Shown here: piece by piece, positions 42,860 through 52,243 of the stretch | Position numbering within the stretch: the stretch's first letter is position 1 | How the letters are laid out: each line of letters starts with the position of its first letter | NCBI GenBank assembly: GCA_963663225.1 | Contig: OY760142.1 | Span: 992,001-1,056,000 of the forward strand | Length of the DNA stretch: 64,000 bases | Origin: Nitrospirota bacterium | Lineage (GTDB): Bacteria; Nitrospirota; UBA9217 | Direction: 5' to 3' | Notes under the pieces: generated by a model | Database searches by the model: none | Told to the model about the DNA's origin: nothing | Seen by the model: only the letters and a program-made list of their open reading frames with translations | Position numbers and translations under genes: made by a program

Positions 42860-43738
42860 ATGGACACTGCTGCCAATCCATTCCAACTCAACTCAGCCGA
42901 GGAACGCTTCGTCCTGGCACACGCCATCGTACCGGAACAGATCCCTTCGATGATGACGGCAATTTCGCACGCCGAGCCTCTTTGCATCGGAGATTGTCTC
43001 TGTTTTGCAAAGGACGATTGGGTAATTTTCATCGGGTATCCTCTCAGCACGCAATTTGTTGCGAGCGACTGTGATACACTGATTGTGCGTATCCTCGCTC
43101 AATTCCATCCCGATTATTTCTGGTTCATCGGTCCTGAAATACCCTCTTCCCTTGCTGAATCTTGTCGCGTGCGCCAGAGCGATCAATATCTGCGACTCGA
43201 TATCTCGCAGTCAATTATTCCTTCAGCCTTGCAGCGCGAAGTGGGACAGGCCGCCCGGACACTGACCGTAGAGCGCACGCGAGCATTCACGCGCGAGCAT
43301 GAGCAACTAGCAAAAGAACTGGAGAGCCGAGAGGACCTTCCCCTCATGATTAAAGAGTTGTACCGGTCCATGCCCGACTACATAGCTCAATGCAAAACAG
43401 CGCAGGTGTTGAACGCGCGAGACCGACACGGCGCGCTAGCCGCTTTTTTTGTTGTCGAGACCGCGGCTGAACACTTTGACGCATATGTACTGGGGTGCCA
43501 TTCCAAAAAGAACTATATACCACACGCCTCTGATCTGCTCTTTGCCGACATGATCGATTCCGCGCGGGACCGCGGCAAGCAAAGCATCAACCTGGGTCTG
43601 GGTGTTAACGAAGGCATTCGTCGCTTTAAAGCAAAATGGGGCGGCAGACCGTACTTGCATTACGAATTCTGCGAATGTTATTATGGTCCTCCGGCGCCGA
43701 TTTCCCTGCTTGGCGCGCTCCTGGACGGGAAGCCGTAA
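42860..43738 (+). CDS. Hypothetical protein with GNAT/FemAB-like C-terminus, paralog 1
   Basis: ASDLLF...INLGLGVNEGIRRFKAKWGG; homologous to 44586-45419. Confidence 0.6.
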   Translation: MDTAANPFQLNSAEERFVLAHAIVPEQIPSMMTAISHAEPLCIGDCLCFAKDDWVIFIGYPLSTQFVASDCDTLIVRILAQFHPDYFWFIGPEIPSSLAESCRVRQSDQYLRLDISQSIIPSALQREVGQAARTLTVERTRAFTREHEQLAKELESREDLPLMIKELYRSMPDYIAQCKTAQVLNARDRHGALAAFFVVETAAEHFDAYVLGCHSKKNYIPHASDLLFADMIDSARDRGKQSINLGLGVNEGIRRFKAKWGGRPYLHYEFCECYYGPPAPISLLGALLDGKP

Positions 43739-43758
43739 ATCGCAACCAATTACCTTGT

Positions 43759-44589
43759 ATGAAAATGAAGTTTTTCCCCTGGACAATGCATAAACCGCTT
43801 CGCATGATCTGGCGCGTGGAGAAAAACGGACTGGCGTCGCATCTCGTAGGTACGGCTCATTTTTTTCCGTACAGCTTTCGCAGGCCGCTGAAGCGCCTGG
43901 TCCGGAACGTTTCGACCGTGATGTTCGAAGGCCCGCTCGATGAGGCAAGTTTCGGGAGAATTGCAGAGCACGGAAAGCATGACGAAAATAATCAGGCGTT
44001 TTTCGATCTCCTCACGCCCGAAGCAATTACTGCGATTGACTGCATCCTGCGCGAGCGTGACGGACGGGGAAAAACAGGAGACACGTGGCTTTTGTCACTG
44101 GATGAAAAGGGGCCGGTTTATTTCGAGTCATTCACAAGCGGGCTCCGCCCCTGGGCCGCGTTTTTTGCAATCTGGCGTGCGTATCTCGACTGGCAACACT
44201 CAGTTGACATGGAAGCATACCGGATCGCCCGGGCGGCCGGAAAAAAAATCTGTTTTCTCGAAACGCTCGAAGAACAGCTTTCCGTCCTGGACAACATTCC
44301 CCTGGACCGCCTCGCGCGGCAATTAAACGACGTTGCGAACTGGCCGGACTATAAAAAAAAGTACGTTAAAATGTACCTTGACGGAGATCTGGACAAAATA
44401 ATGGATTTGACCGGACGTTTTGCCGCGCGCGGTTCCGCGCTCGCGGCGCGCGACCGGGTTCTATTTGAGCGGAGCCAGCCGGTCTTCGCATGCGAGGATG
44501 CCCTTGCTTTTGTCGGTTTTCCCCACATACCCGGAGTGACCAAACTATTCCGCGATGCAGGATACTCCGTTACGCAGGTGTCTTCATGA
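43759..44589 (+). CDS. TraB/GumN (Tiki-like) family protein
   Basis: IWRVEK..SHLVGTAH, MFE, LETLEEQL, ARD, FVGFPH; start position uncertain. Confidence 0.75.
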   Translation: MKMKFFPWTMHKPLRMIWRVEKNGLASHLVGTAHFFPYSFRRPLKRLVRNVSTVMFEGPLDEASFGRIAEHGKHDENNQAFFDLLTPEAITAIDCILRERDGRGKTGDTWLLSLDEKGPVYFESFTSGLRPWAAFFAIWRAYLDWQHSVDMEAYRIARAAGKKICFLETLEEQLSVLDNIPLDRLARQLNDVANWPDYKKKYVKMYLDGDLDKIMDLTGRFAARGSALAARDRVLFERSQPVFACEDALAFVGFPHIPGVTKLFRDAGYSVTQVSS

Positions 44590-45419
44590 TTACACCGGAA
44601 GAACAGGGACATATCATCGAGCATGCATATGTGCCGGAGCACCTCCCGCATTATGTCACCGCAATCTCCCGGACCGAGCCGTTCTTAATCGACGATTTCG
44701 TCGTCCATGTCGCCGGTACGCATTTGATTTTCGTCGGGTATCCGCTGTCCGATGGTGCTGATGAATCGAGAATGCTGAAAGCGCTCGATGGAGCAAAAGA
44801 GCGCTTTGCGCCGGACTCCTTTTCCGTTATCGCTCCCGCGCGCGCGGGAGCGACCAATGATTCCGTGCCGGCTGCTGATGCATATTACCGTCTTGATCTG
44901 TCTCAGGCGGTCATGACCAGGAAAACAGAAAACATGCTGAGGCGCGCGCGCGGCGAATTGACCGTTTCAGTCGGCAAAATCGGCTGGGCGCACAAATGGC
45001 TGATACGGAAGTTCACGCGCACACATAACTTCGATGCAGCGCAGCGGTTCATCTTCAAGCGCGTGCCCCGCTACGCCAAATGCGCCGCCACGGTCGTTTT
45101 TGAAGCGCGCAACGCTCGCGGCAATCTGGTCGCATTCGATGTCGCCGAGTTCGGCGCCCTGCACTACGCGTTTTATATGTTCAACTTCCGCTCGAGCAGA
45201 CACTGCGTTCCTGGCGCCTCCGATCTGCTGCTCGCGCACATCATCGAGTATGCGCAGGCAGAAGGCAAACGATACATTAATCTGGGGCTGGGAATTGATC
45301 CGGGCATCACATTTTTTAAAAAGAAATGGGGTGCTACGCCGTTTCTGCAATGCGTGTCGTGGATGGAGGAATGCGACGCGCAGAAATCAATGGAGAGCCT
45401 GTTCGACCAGCTCTCGTGA
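44586..45419 (+). CDS. Hypothetical protein with GNAT/FemAB-like C-terminus, paralog 2
   Basis: HAYVPEH, ASDLLL...INLGLGIDPGITFFKKKWGA; ATGA overlap with the TraB gene. Confidence 0.6.
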   Translation: MITPEEQGHIIEHAYVPEHLPHYVTAISRTEPFLIDDFVVHVAGTHLIFVGYPLSDGADESRMLKALDGAKERFAPDSFSVIAPARAGATNDSVPAADAYYRLDLSQAVMTRKTENMLRRARGELTVSVGKIGWAHKWLIRKFTRTHNFDAAQRFIFKRVPRYAKCAATVVFEARNARGNLVAFDVAEFGALHYAFYMFNFRSSRHCVPGASDLLLAHIIEYAQAEGKRYINLGLGIDPGITFFKKKWGATPFLQCVSWMEECDAQKSMESLFDQLS

Positions 45420-45472
45420 CCAGAAACAGCGCATGCGAGCCGACGCCGTTTTTTTCGTGAAGGAATCTATCT

Positions 45473-45700
45473 ATGGAATTCTTATTAAAAATACCGTGGG
45501 GAATCGTGATTCTTGCCTGCCTCACCCTGGGCCTCGCCCCTTTCAATCCACCGCACATCTGGGAAAAACTGTCGATGCTTTTTCACGGAAAGCTCGTGCG
45601 GCCTCTTGATTGGTTCGATTTTGCACTGCACGGAACACCATGGGTTCTGTTGATAACAAAGTCAATAGCGGCCCTCATCCAAATCCAGAAACAGCCATAG
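45473..45700 (+). CDS. Small membrane protein
   Basis: 75 aa hydrophobic ORF (TLGLAPF..PHIWEKL, DWFDFALH) with AAGGA RBS. Confidence 0.7.
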   Translation: MEFLLKIPWGIVILACLTLGLAPFNPPHIWEKLSMLFHGKLVRPLDWFDFALHGTPWVLLITKSIAALIQIQKQP

Positions 45701-45728
45701 AGCCCTTCTGCGAGCGGGCGCCGGGCAT

Positions 45729-46226
45729 TCATGCTTTTTTGGCCGGTTTCCGCGCTCCAAGCTGTTGTTCGAGAATTGCGACCGCGTCCTGCACAAGTCT
45801 GGGACAGAGCGTTTCAAACAGCTGTTCGCGTTTGGCCGCTTCCATCTCCACAGGAATGCTGATATCATGCCCCAGCAATTCTCGGCATACGATAGAACCG
45901 TTCCTGTCTGAAAATTCCGTTATAAATTTCTTCGCCAGATCGTATGTTTTTTCCCGAGCCGCGTCATCGCCCTTTTTTGCTTTTCCGTGATTCAACCCCA
46001 CTACCATAAGAGCACCGGTCACCGCTCCGCAGGTATCTCCCCGGCGCGCCATGCCACCGCCGAACGCGCACGCGACTTTCAGCGACTGTGTGCGGTTGAT
46101 CCCGAACCGGGGAGCATATGCGCACAGCACTGATTGGGAACAACTAAAACCGCTCCTGAAACAGCTGACCGCCTTTTCCGCCGGAGAGAGCCTTTTTCTT
46201 TTTCGTGTTTGTTTTTTTCCGGTCAT
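45729..46226 (-). CDS. C-GCAxxG-C-C family putative redox protein
   Basis: CSQS, FGGG, TCGAVTG, VCRELLG, C-terminal Cys. Confidence 0.88.
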   Translation of the reverse strand: MTGKKQTRKRKRLSPAEKAVSCFRSGFSCSQSVLCAYAPRFGINRTQSLKVACAFGGGMARRGDTCGAVTGALMVVGLNHGKAKKGDDAAREKTYDLAKKFITEFSDRNGSIVCRELLGHDISIPVEMEAAKREQLFETLCPRLVQDAVAILEQQLGARKPAKKA

Positions 46227-47920
46227 GGGTTTTCTCCCCGCATTCGATAGTATTTATCCAGCTCTTCGGTGAACCGTTTTTTGTCAACTGGTGGAATATC
46301 GATCCCTTCTCCCGAAGAGCCCGCCTCAGTATAAAACCGTTCCGGCAAGAAATCGTCCTTTTTGGTAAATCCATTCCTGGTGTTGTACGCCCGTTCGGTA
46401 AGAACAATTGTTTCTCCGATCTTCATAAGGCCCTGCCCCGAGAACGGCAGCCCCGTTGCCGCGGCCAGCAGGTGGGCATACTCCTCAAGGGATGCTCCGA
46501 GAAAAGCGAAAGCGCACACACAGAGAGAATCAACCATCGCGTTGTTATCTTCCGCAATCTTGATCATCCGGGCCTTTCCATCAAAGCTGAAACGGTCCAC
46601 CGCCACGGGCTTGCGCAGGATTTCCTGGCTGATCGGATACGCGCGCAAATGACATCCGCCGCGCGTGGACGTGGCATAGGCAAGCGCAATGCCGTAGGAA
46701 CCGCGTGGATCGTAGGCGGGAAGCTCCAGCCCCTTCACGTTCATGGAACACTGCGGTTTCCCCAGATCGGCACACAGCCTTTTTGAACCTTCCGCGAGCC
46801 GGTCCCCTTCTCTCTCGCGCTTCGCAGTTTGCAGAAGCATTTCGAGGATCTCGGTTCCTGAAAGAAACGCACCCCGGACCTCTCCAAAAGCCGCGACCGT
46901 CGCCGCAGCGGAGATGGTGTCCATTCCGAGGTTGTTGCACAGCAAATTTGCCTCTACAATGGAGTCTGCGTCGGCGTTTGCGTTCAAGGCACCGAAATGC
47001 GACAGGGTCTCATACTCCGGCAGGGGCCTGCCGCAGGAAAGCATCTTTTTACACTGGATGGGACAAGCAACGCATCCATGCTTTTTATAGCCGAACTCTT
47101 TTTTAAGGCTCGGGCCAGAATACGCGGCCGCCTGCGGAAAAAACGTTTTGCTGAAGTTTTCCGTGGGCGCCATCTTGCGCTGGCCCACAATATCAACGAG
47201 CATCGCGGTCCCAAACTCTCCCAGCCCCAGTTCTCCCATGACGGCAGGTGATGCCCTCAAAAGCCGCATTACATCTTCCTGTGCCTTTTTAAATGCGGCC
47301 GGATCCGCGACCGATACCTTCTGGGATCCATTGACCACAATCGCTTTCAGGTTCTTTGATCCCATTACAGCGCCGAGTCCGCCCCGGCCGGCAGAGTTCG
47401 CGCCGCCGATCATGATATTGGCAAACCGGACTCGTTTTTCTCCAGCGGGACCGATGCAAGCAGTGCACCCGGCGGATTCAAGAAGCCTGTTTGTCTCCAG
47501 ACATCCCTTGCCCCAAAGGTGCGCTGCGTCGTGAATTTCGATCTTGTCCTCAACGATTTGAAGATAGACCGGGGACGGAGCCCTGCCGGTAATGCACAGG
47601 CCGTCATAGCCGGCCGCCTTCAGACGGAGGGGAAAGGTGCCGCCCACCGATGAATCGGTTATTGTTCCGGTAAGAGGCGACCGTGAGACCACGGCCAACC
47701 GAGACGAGGCAGGCGCGGGGGTGCCGCACAACGGTCCGTTCATGAAAAGAAGGGGCATGTTGTAGTCAAACGGATCGAGACTGAAAAAATCCTTCATCAT
47801 CGCCATGCCGAGCCCCCTGCCGCCGATATGCGAAGAAAGGGCCTCGGCGTCTAAACTCTCGGTCCGGATCTTGTTTGCAGAAAGATCGACATAAAGCATT
47901 TTTCCATGCCATGCGTGCAT
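46223..47920 (-). CDS. Aldehyde ferredoxin oxidoreductase family (W/Mo-pterin)
   Basis: IGGRGLG, SPLTG, GPAGE, GRGGLGAVMGSKNLKA, CxxCxxxC, EYET, GMDTIS, YDPR, RGGCH. Confidence 0.93.
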   Translation of the reverse strand: MHAWHGKMLYVDLSANKIRTESLDAEALSSHIGGRGLGMAMMKDFFSLDPFDYNMPLLFMNGPLCGTPAPASSRLAVVSRSPLTGTITDSSVGGTFPLRLKAAGYDGLCITGRAPSPVYLQIVEDKIEIHDAAHLWGKGCLETNRLLESAGCTACIGPAGEKRVRFANIMIGGANSAGRGGLGAVMGSKNLKAIVVNGSQKVSVADPAAFKKAQEDVMRLLRASPAVMGELGLGEFGTAMLVDIVGQRKMAPTENFSKTFFPQAAAYSGPSLKKEFGYKKHGCVACPIQCKKMLSCGRPLPEYETLSHFGALNANADADSIVEANLLCNNLGMDTISAAATVAAFGEVRGAFLSGTEILEMLLQTAKREREGDRLAEGSKRLCADLGKPQCSMNVKGLELPAYDPRGSYGIALAYATSTRGGCHLRAYPISQEILRKPVAVDRFSFDGKARMIKIAEDNNAMVDSLCVCAFAFLGASLEEYAHLLAAATGLPFSGQGLMKIGETIVLTERAYNTRNGFTKKDDFLPERFYTEAGSSGEGIDIPPVDKKRFTEELDKYYRMRGENP

Positions 47921-48039
47921 ACGGTGATGATAATCTATTTGACGCGCCAGGGTCAACTGAAAACCGTTTAACGCTGCACTTTCCTTTATATTCTTTCGCG
48001 ATATTCAGGCATCAACACACATCCGGCGGTACATTTCTT

Positions 48040-48068
48040 TTGACAGTCCTTCCCAATCCCTCTATAAT
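48040..48068 (+). promoter_or_regulatory. Consensus sigma70 promoter of gpsA
   Basis: Perfect TTGACA-17 bp-TATAAT, 7 nt before the ATG. Confidence 0.85.
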
Positions 48069-48075
48069 TCCTAGT

Positions 48076-49077
48076 ATGATCGAACAGATAGGAGTAATCG
48101 GCGCCGGCGCCTGGGGAACGGCCCTGTCCATACTTCTCGCGGAAAAAAGTCACGATGTAACACTGTGGATGTATGAGCAGGATCTTTGCGCAGAAGCGGA
48201 TCGTGCCCGGGAAAACCGTGTTTATCTGCCGGGGTTTGCTTTGCCCGCTTCGCTCAGAATAACGTCTTCGCTTGAAGCCGCCGTCAGGAACAAATCCATT
48301 CTGCTCTTTGTTATGCCGTCACACACCGTCCGGGCGGTGGCGACGCAGATTCTTTCTTTTCTGCCCCGCGGCGCAATCATCATTTCTGCCGCAAAAGGGA
48401 TTGAACCGGACACGCTTATGCTGCTTTCCGAGGTACTGAAGGACGTTCTGCCCGAAGAATCCCACGGTCGCCTGTGCTTTCTGTCCGGGCCGAGCTTTGC
48501 CAAGGAAGTCGCACAAAAAATGCCTACGGCCGTCACGCTCGCCGCTTACGACCTTACGGTCGGAAGGAAAGCCCAGGACATTCTGAGTAATGCCTATTTC
48601 CGCGTGTATACCAACCGTGATGTCACCGGCGTGGAGCTTGCAGGCTCGCTCAAAAATGTTGTCGCCATCGCAGCGGGCGTGCTGCTCGGGCTCGGCTATG
48701 GACACAACTCAATGGCTGCGCTGCTCACCCGCGGACTCGCGGAAATGGCCCGTCTTGGCTCGGCCATGGGTGCGAATCCGCAGACTTTTTTCGGCCTTGC
48801 CGGCATGGGAGACCTGGTTCTAACGTGCACCGGCGTTCTTTCAAGAAACCGCTCCCTTGGCGAACGGCTGGGAAAGGGCGAGCGGCTGCATGACATTCTG
48901 CAGGGGTCGCGAACTGTTGCGGAAGGCGTAAAGACCGCCCTGGCAGCACGCAATCTGGCAAAAAAATTCGGCGTCAACATGCCTATCGTAGAGGAAGTCT
49001 ATCAGATCCTGTACGAGCAGAAGGAACCGCGGCATGCGGCAAAAGACCTGATGAGCCGGGAGCTCAGGGGAGAATAA
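48076..49077 (+). CDS. gpsA: NAD(P)H-dependent glycerol-3-phosphate dehydrogenase
   Basis: IGAGAWGTA, KGIE, SGPSFA, LKNVVAIA, GDLVLTC, SRN, AEGV. Confidence 0.97.
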   Translation: MIEQIGVIGAGAWGTALSILLAEKSHDVTLWMYEQDLCAEADRARENRVYLPGFALPASLRITSSLEAAVRNKSILLFVMPSHTVRAVATQILSFLPRGAIIISAAKGIEPDTLMLLSEVLKDVLPEESHGRLCFLSGPSFAKEVAQKMPTAVTLAAYDLTVGRKAQDILSNAYFRVYTNRDVTGVELAGSLKNVVAIAAGVLLGLGYGHNSMAALLTRGLAEMARLGSAMGANPQTFFGLAGMGDLVLTCTGVLSRNRSLGERLGKGERLHDILQGSRTVAEGVKTALAARNLAKKFGVNMPIVEEVYQILYEQKEPRHAAKDLMSRELRGE

Positions 49078-49111
49078 TTTTTTCGGATGCCACGGCCGGG
49101 AGACAGGGGAC

Positions 49112-50221
49112 ATGAAGCAATTTTTTTTCATGTTTTTTTCATGTGCAATTGCCAGTGTTGCGAATTTTACCGCGTCTGCAGAAACGAAAATCATTGAGGC
49201 GGACAGCACGTACATCATAGGAGACAATGACAGCAAAATCGACGCGCGCAGGATTGCCACGCAGGAAGCGAAAAGGAAAGCCCTTGAGCTTGCCGGCACC
49301 TATGTGGAAAGCCTGACCGTGGTAAAAAATTACCAGCTTTCCCGTGATGAGATACAATCGTACACTGCAGGCATGCTGGAAACAGAGATTGTGTCGGAGC
49401 AGATGCGCGGAACAGTTGACCGGCCGGAAGTCTACATTAAAACCCGCTGCACAATTGACACAACCCTCTTGCAAAACCAAATAGCCGGATTCCGGGAAAA
49501 TGAGGACTTGAAAGAACAGCTCGACGCTTCTGCCAAAGAAAACGATGAGCTCAGAAAAGAACGCGACGCGCTTGTTGCACAGCTCAAAGCGGAAAAGGAC
49601 AAAACAAAAGCAGCTGAGACCCGCCAAAAGATCGGGACAATACTCGCAAAAGAGGAATCCAATGAAGAAACGAACAAGGTTTGGATCAATATCGGTCCAC
49701 AGCTGGCTCAGAATGATACGGAAGCCCGTCCGATCAGACAGGCTGACCTCGACAGCTCAACGGTAATTCTCCAAAAAGCTGTCCGGGTCAACCCGCAAAA
49801 TCAGCGCGCGCGCTCCCTGCTCGCTTCGTTGTATCAGAAAAAAGGCGATATGTCCGCAGCAGAAAATGAATTAAGAACCGCTCTCGGGCGAAATCCCTCA
49901 AGCATCGACCTGCGGATGAAGCTCGGTATTTTACTGCAGGAACAGGGCAGATATCCATCGGCATTGAGGGAGTTTCATGCGGTGGAACGGCTCAGACCGC
50001 AGAATCCTCTGATGTTGTTCCATACCGGTATGACATTTAGACAAATGGGCCAATGCAACAGATCGGTGCAGTATTTAAACCGGTTTTTACTCAACCCGAG
50101 GGTGCAGGCGTTTCCCCAGAAAAAACGGACGGCGGCCCAGGCCGTTGAGGACTGCGGTATGAACCAACCCGGATATCCGCAAAAAATCAGGGACACAAGG
50201 ACAAACCATACTCATGAATAA
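49112..50221 (+). CDS. Exported coiled-coil + TPR protein
   Basis: Signal peptide, ~120 aa globular N-domain, coiled coil, about four TPR-like repeats. Confidence 0.75.
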   Translation: MKQFFFMFFSCAIASVANFTASAETKIIEADSTYIIGDNDSKIDARRIATQEAKRKALELAGTYVESLTVVKNYQLSRDEIQSYTAGMLETEIVSEQMRGTVDRPEVYIKTRCTIDTTLLQNQIAGFRENEDLKEQLDASAKENDELRKERDALVAQLKAEKDKTKAAETRQKIGTILAKEESNEETNKVWINIGPQLAQNDTEARPIRQADLDSSTVILQKAVRVNPQNQRARSLLASLYQKKGDMSAAENELRTALGRNPSSIDLRMKLGILLQEQGRYPSALREFHAVERLRPQNPLMLFHTGMTFRQMGQCNRSVQYLNRFLLNPRVQAFPQKKRTAAQAVEDCGMNQPGYPQKIRDTRTNHTHE

Positions 50222-50984
50222 ATCCGACCTCATGAAACTGCTTCAGGATGTTCACGACAGGAAAACCGGAGTAGAGACCGCACTCAAGCGGCTCAAGCAC
50301 CTGCCGTTTGAGGACGTTGCTTATGCGCACATCGACCATCACCGGCATCTGCGCCACGGAATGCCGGAAGTCATCTATTGCGAAGGCAAGACAACAGAAC
50401 AGGTCGCGGGCATCGCGAAACGCATGCTCGTGCATAACAGCGATGTTCTCGCAACACGCGCTTCGGAAAAAATGTATACTGCGGTAAAAAAGCTGAACCG
50501 CCATGCCGTGTACCACGAACGCTCCCGTACGATTGTGGTCCGTCAGACAAAGATAAAAAAGACCAACGGCGTTGTTCTTGTCCTGACCGGTGGAACGTCG
50601 GATATCCCGGTGGCAGAAGAAGCGGCGGTTACTGCAGATGCGCTCGGCAGCACGGTAAACACCGTCTATGATGTAGGCGTAGCCGGAATTCATCGGATCC
50701 TGAGCAAGCGGGACGCCCTTGATGAAGCACGGGTCATCATTGTAATCGCCGGTATGGACGGCGCACTCCCGTCCGTGGTCGGCGGCCTGGTAGACAAACC
50801 CGTGATTGCAGTTCCTACCAGCGTGGGATACGGTGCAGGGTTCCAGGGTCTGGCGCCCCTCCTTACCATGCTCAACTCCTGTGCTTCAGGTATTGCCGTG
50901 ATGAACATTGATAATGGATTTGGCGCCGGCGTTCTGGCCCACAGGATAAATCTGCTCGGAGAGCATAACCACGGCGCTGCATAG
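50214..50984 (+). CDS. larB: Nickel-pincer cofactor biosynthesis protein LarB
   Basis: DHHRHLRHGMPEV, GTSD.PVAEEA, DVGVAG, AGMDGAL, PTSVGYG, NIDNGFGA. Confidence 0.95.
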   Translation: MNKSDLMKLLQDVHDRKTGVETALKRLKHLPFEDVAYAHIDHHRHLRHGMPEVIYCEGKTTEQVAGIAKRMLVHNSDVLATRASEKMYTAVKKLNRHAVYHERSRTIVVRQTKIKKTNGVVLVLTGGTSDIPVAEEAAVTADALGSTVNTVYDVGVAGIHRILSKRDALDEARVIIVIAGMDGALPSVVGGLVDKPVIAVPTSVGYGAGFQGLAPLLTMLNSCASGIAVMNIDNGFGAGVLAHRINLLGEHNHGAA

Positions 50985-51018
50985 CCGTCCTCACCATCTA
51001 AGGGAGTCTATAGCAACC

Positions 51019-52191
51019 ATGCCTACTGCCTATTTCGACTGTTTTTCCGGGATATCCGGCGATATGACCCTCGGCGCCCTTGTGGACGCAGGTGCGGACA
51101 TCAATTCACTTCGTGCGGAGCTTCAGAAACTGAGTGTTCCGGGATACGAAATAACCTCTGAAAAAGTCACCCGCTCCGGCATCGCGGCGACAAAAGTGCG
51201 GGTCAATATTCATCATATTACGCACGAGCACCGGCACCTGTCCGACATTCTGGGCATCATCAGCAGTTCTTCTCTTTCAGCGCCGGTCAAACAAAAAAGC
51301 GAACTGATATTCACCCGGCTGGCGGAGGCTGAAGCCAAAGTGCATGGCACAGCGGTAGCAGACATCCATTTTCATGAGGTCGGTGCGGTAGACTCCATTG
51401 TTGACATTGTAGGCTCTGTCATCGGGCTTGAGCTTTTGGGCATATCGCAAATCATCATTTCTGCGGTCAATGTAGGCTCTGGAACAGTGAAAACCGCTCA
51501 CGGCATTCTGCCCATACCCGCGCCGGCAACCGCTGAGATGCTGCGGGGAATCCCGTTTTACGAATCTTCGACAAAATTCGAGCTTGCGACCCCCACCGGA
51601 ACTGCAATCATCAGCACGCTTGGCACGCCTTTTGGCCGTATGCCGGCCATGAATATTGAGCGGATAGCATACGGAGCAGGGGACCAGGATTTTCCCGGCA
51701 CGCCGAATGTTCTGCGACTTATGATCGGCGAGCCCGCAGCATCCTGGGAGGAAGACCTGTCGGTTGTCATCGAGACGAATATCGACGATATGAACCCCCA
51801 GATTTACGACTACGTGGCTGAAAAACTCATGCGCCAGGGGGCGCAGGACGTGTACTTCACGCCCATCATCATGAAAAAAGGAAGGCCGGCGGTGCTGCTC
51901 TCCGTGTTGACAGACAAAGAAAAGGTTGACGGCATGCTTAATATCCTGTTTCGCGAAACCACGAGCATCGGCGTCCGCCTTCAGGATGTGCACAGAAAGA
52001 AGCTGCTCCGTGAAATCACGGAAGTGGACACCCGCTACGGCAGAATCAGACTAAAAGTGAGCAAATGGGGCAATGAAATTTTTTCAGTCACTCCTGAATA
52101 TGAGGACTGCAAAAAAATCGCGGAAAGCAGACAGCTTCCGTTGAAACAGATTATGGAAGAAGCAAAAAAAGTATACTATACTACACGGTAG
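51019..52191 (+). CDS. larC: Nickel insertase LarC
   Basis: DCFSGISGDM, His-rich patch, HFHEVGAVDS, TPTG, ETNIDD, MKKGRP, PEYEDC. Confidence 0.95.
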   Translation: MPTAYFDCFSGISGDMTLGALVDAGADINSLRAELQKLSVPGYEITSEKVTRSGIAATKVRVNIHHITHEHRHLSDILGIISSSSLSAPVKQKSELIFTRLAEAEAKVHGTAVADIHFHEVGAVDSIVDIVGSVIGLELLGISQIIISAVNVGSGTVKTAHGILPIPAPATAEMLRGIPFYESSTKFELATPTGTAIISTLGTPFGRMPAMNIERIAYGAGDQDFPGTPNVLRLMIGEPAASWEEDLSVVIETNIDDMNPQIYDYVAEKLMRQGAQDVYFTPIIMKKGRPAVLLSVLTDKEKVDGMLNILFRETTSIGVRLQDVHRKKLLREITEVDTRYGRIRLKVSKWGNEIFSVTPEYEDCKKIAESRQLPLKQIMEEAKKVYYTTR

Positions 52192-52243
52192 CACTGCGGC
52201 AGAGAAAACATTCTTTTCCCCGACAAAGGATCAAAGGAGCTTC

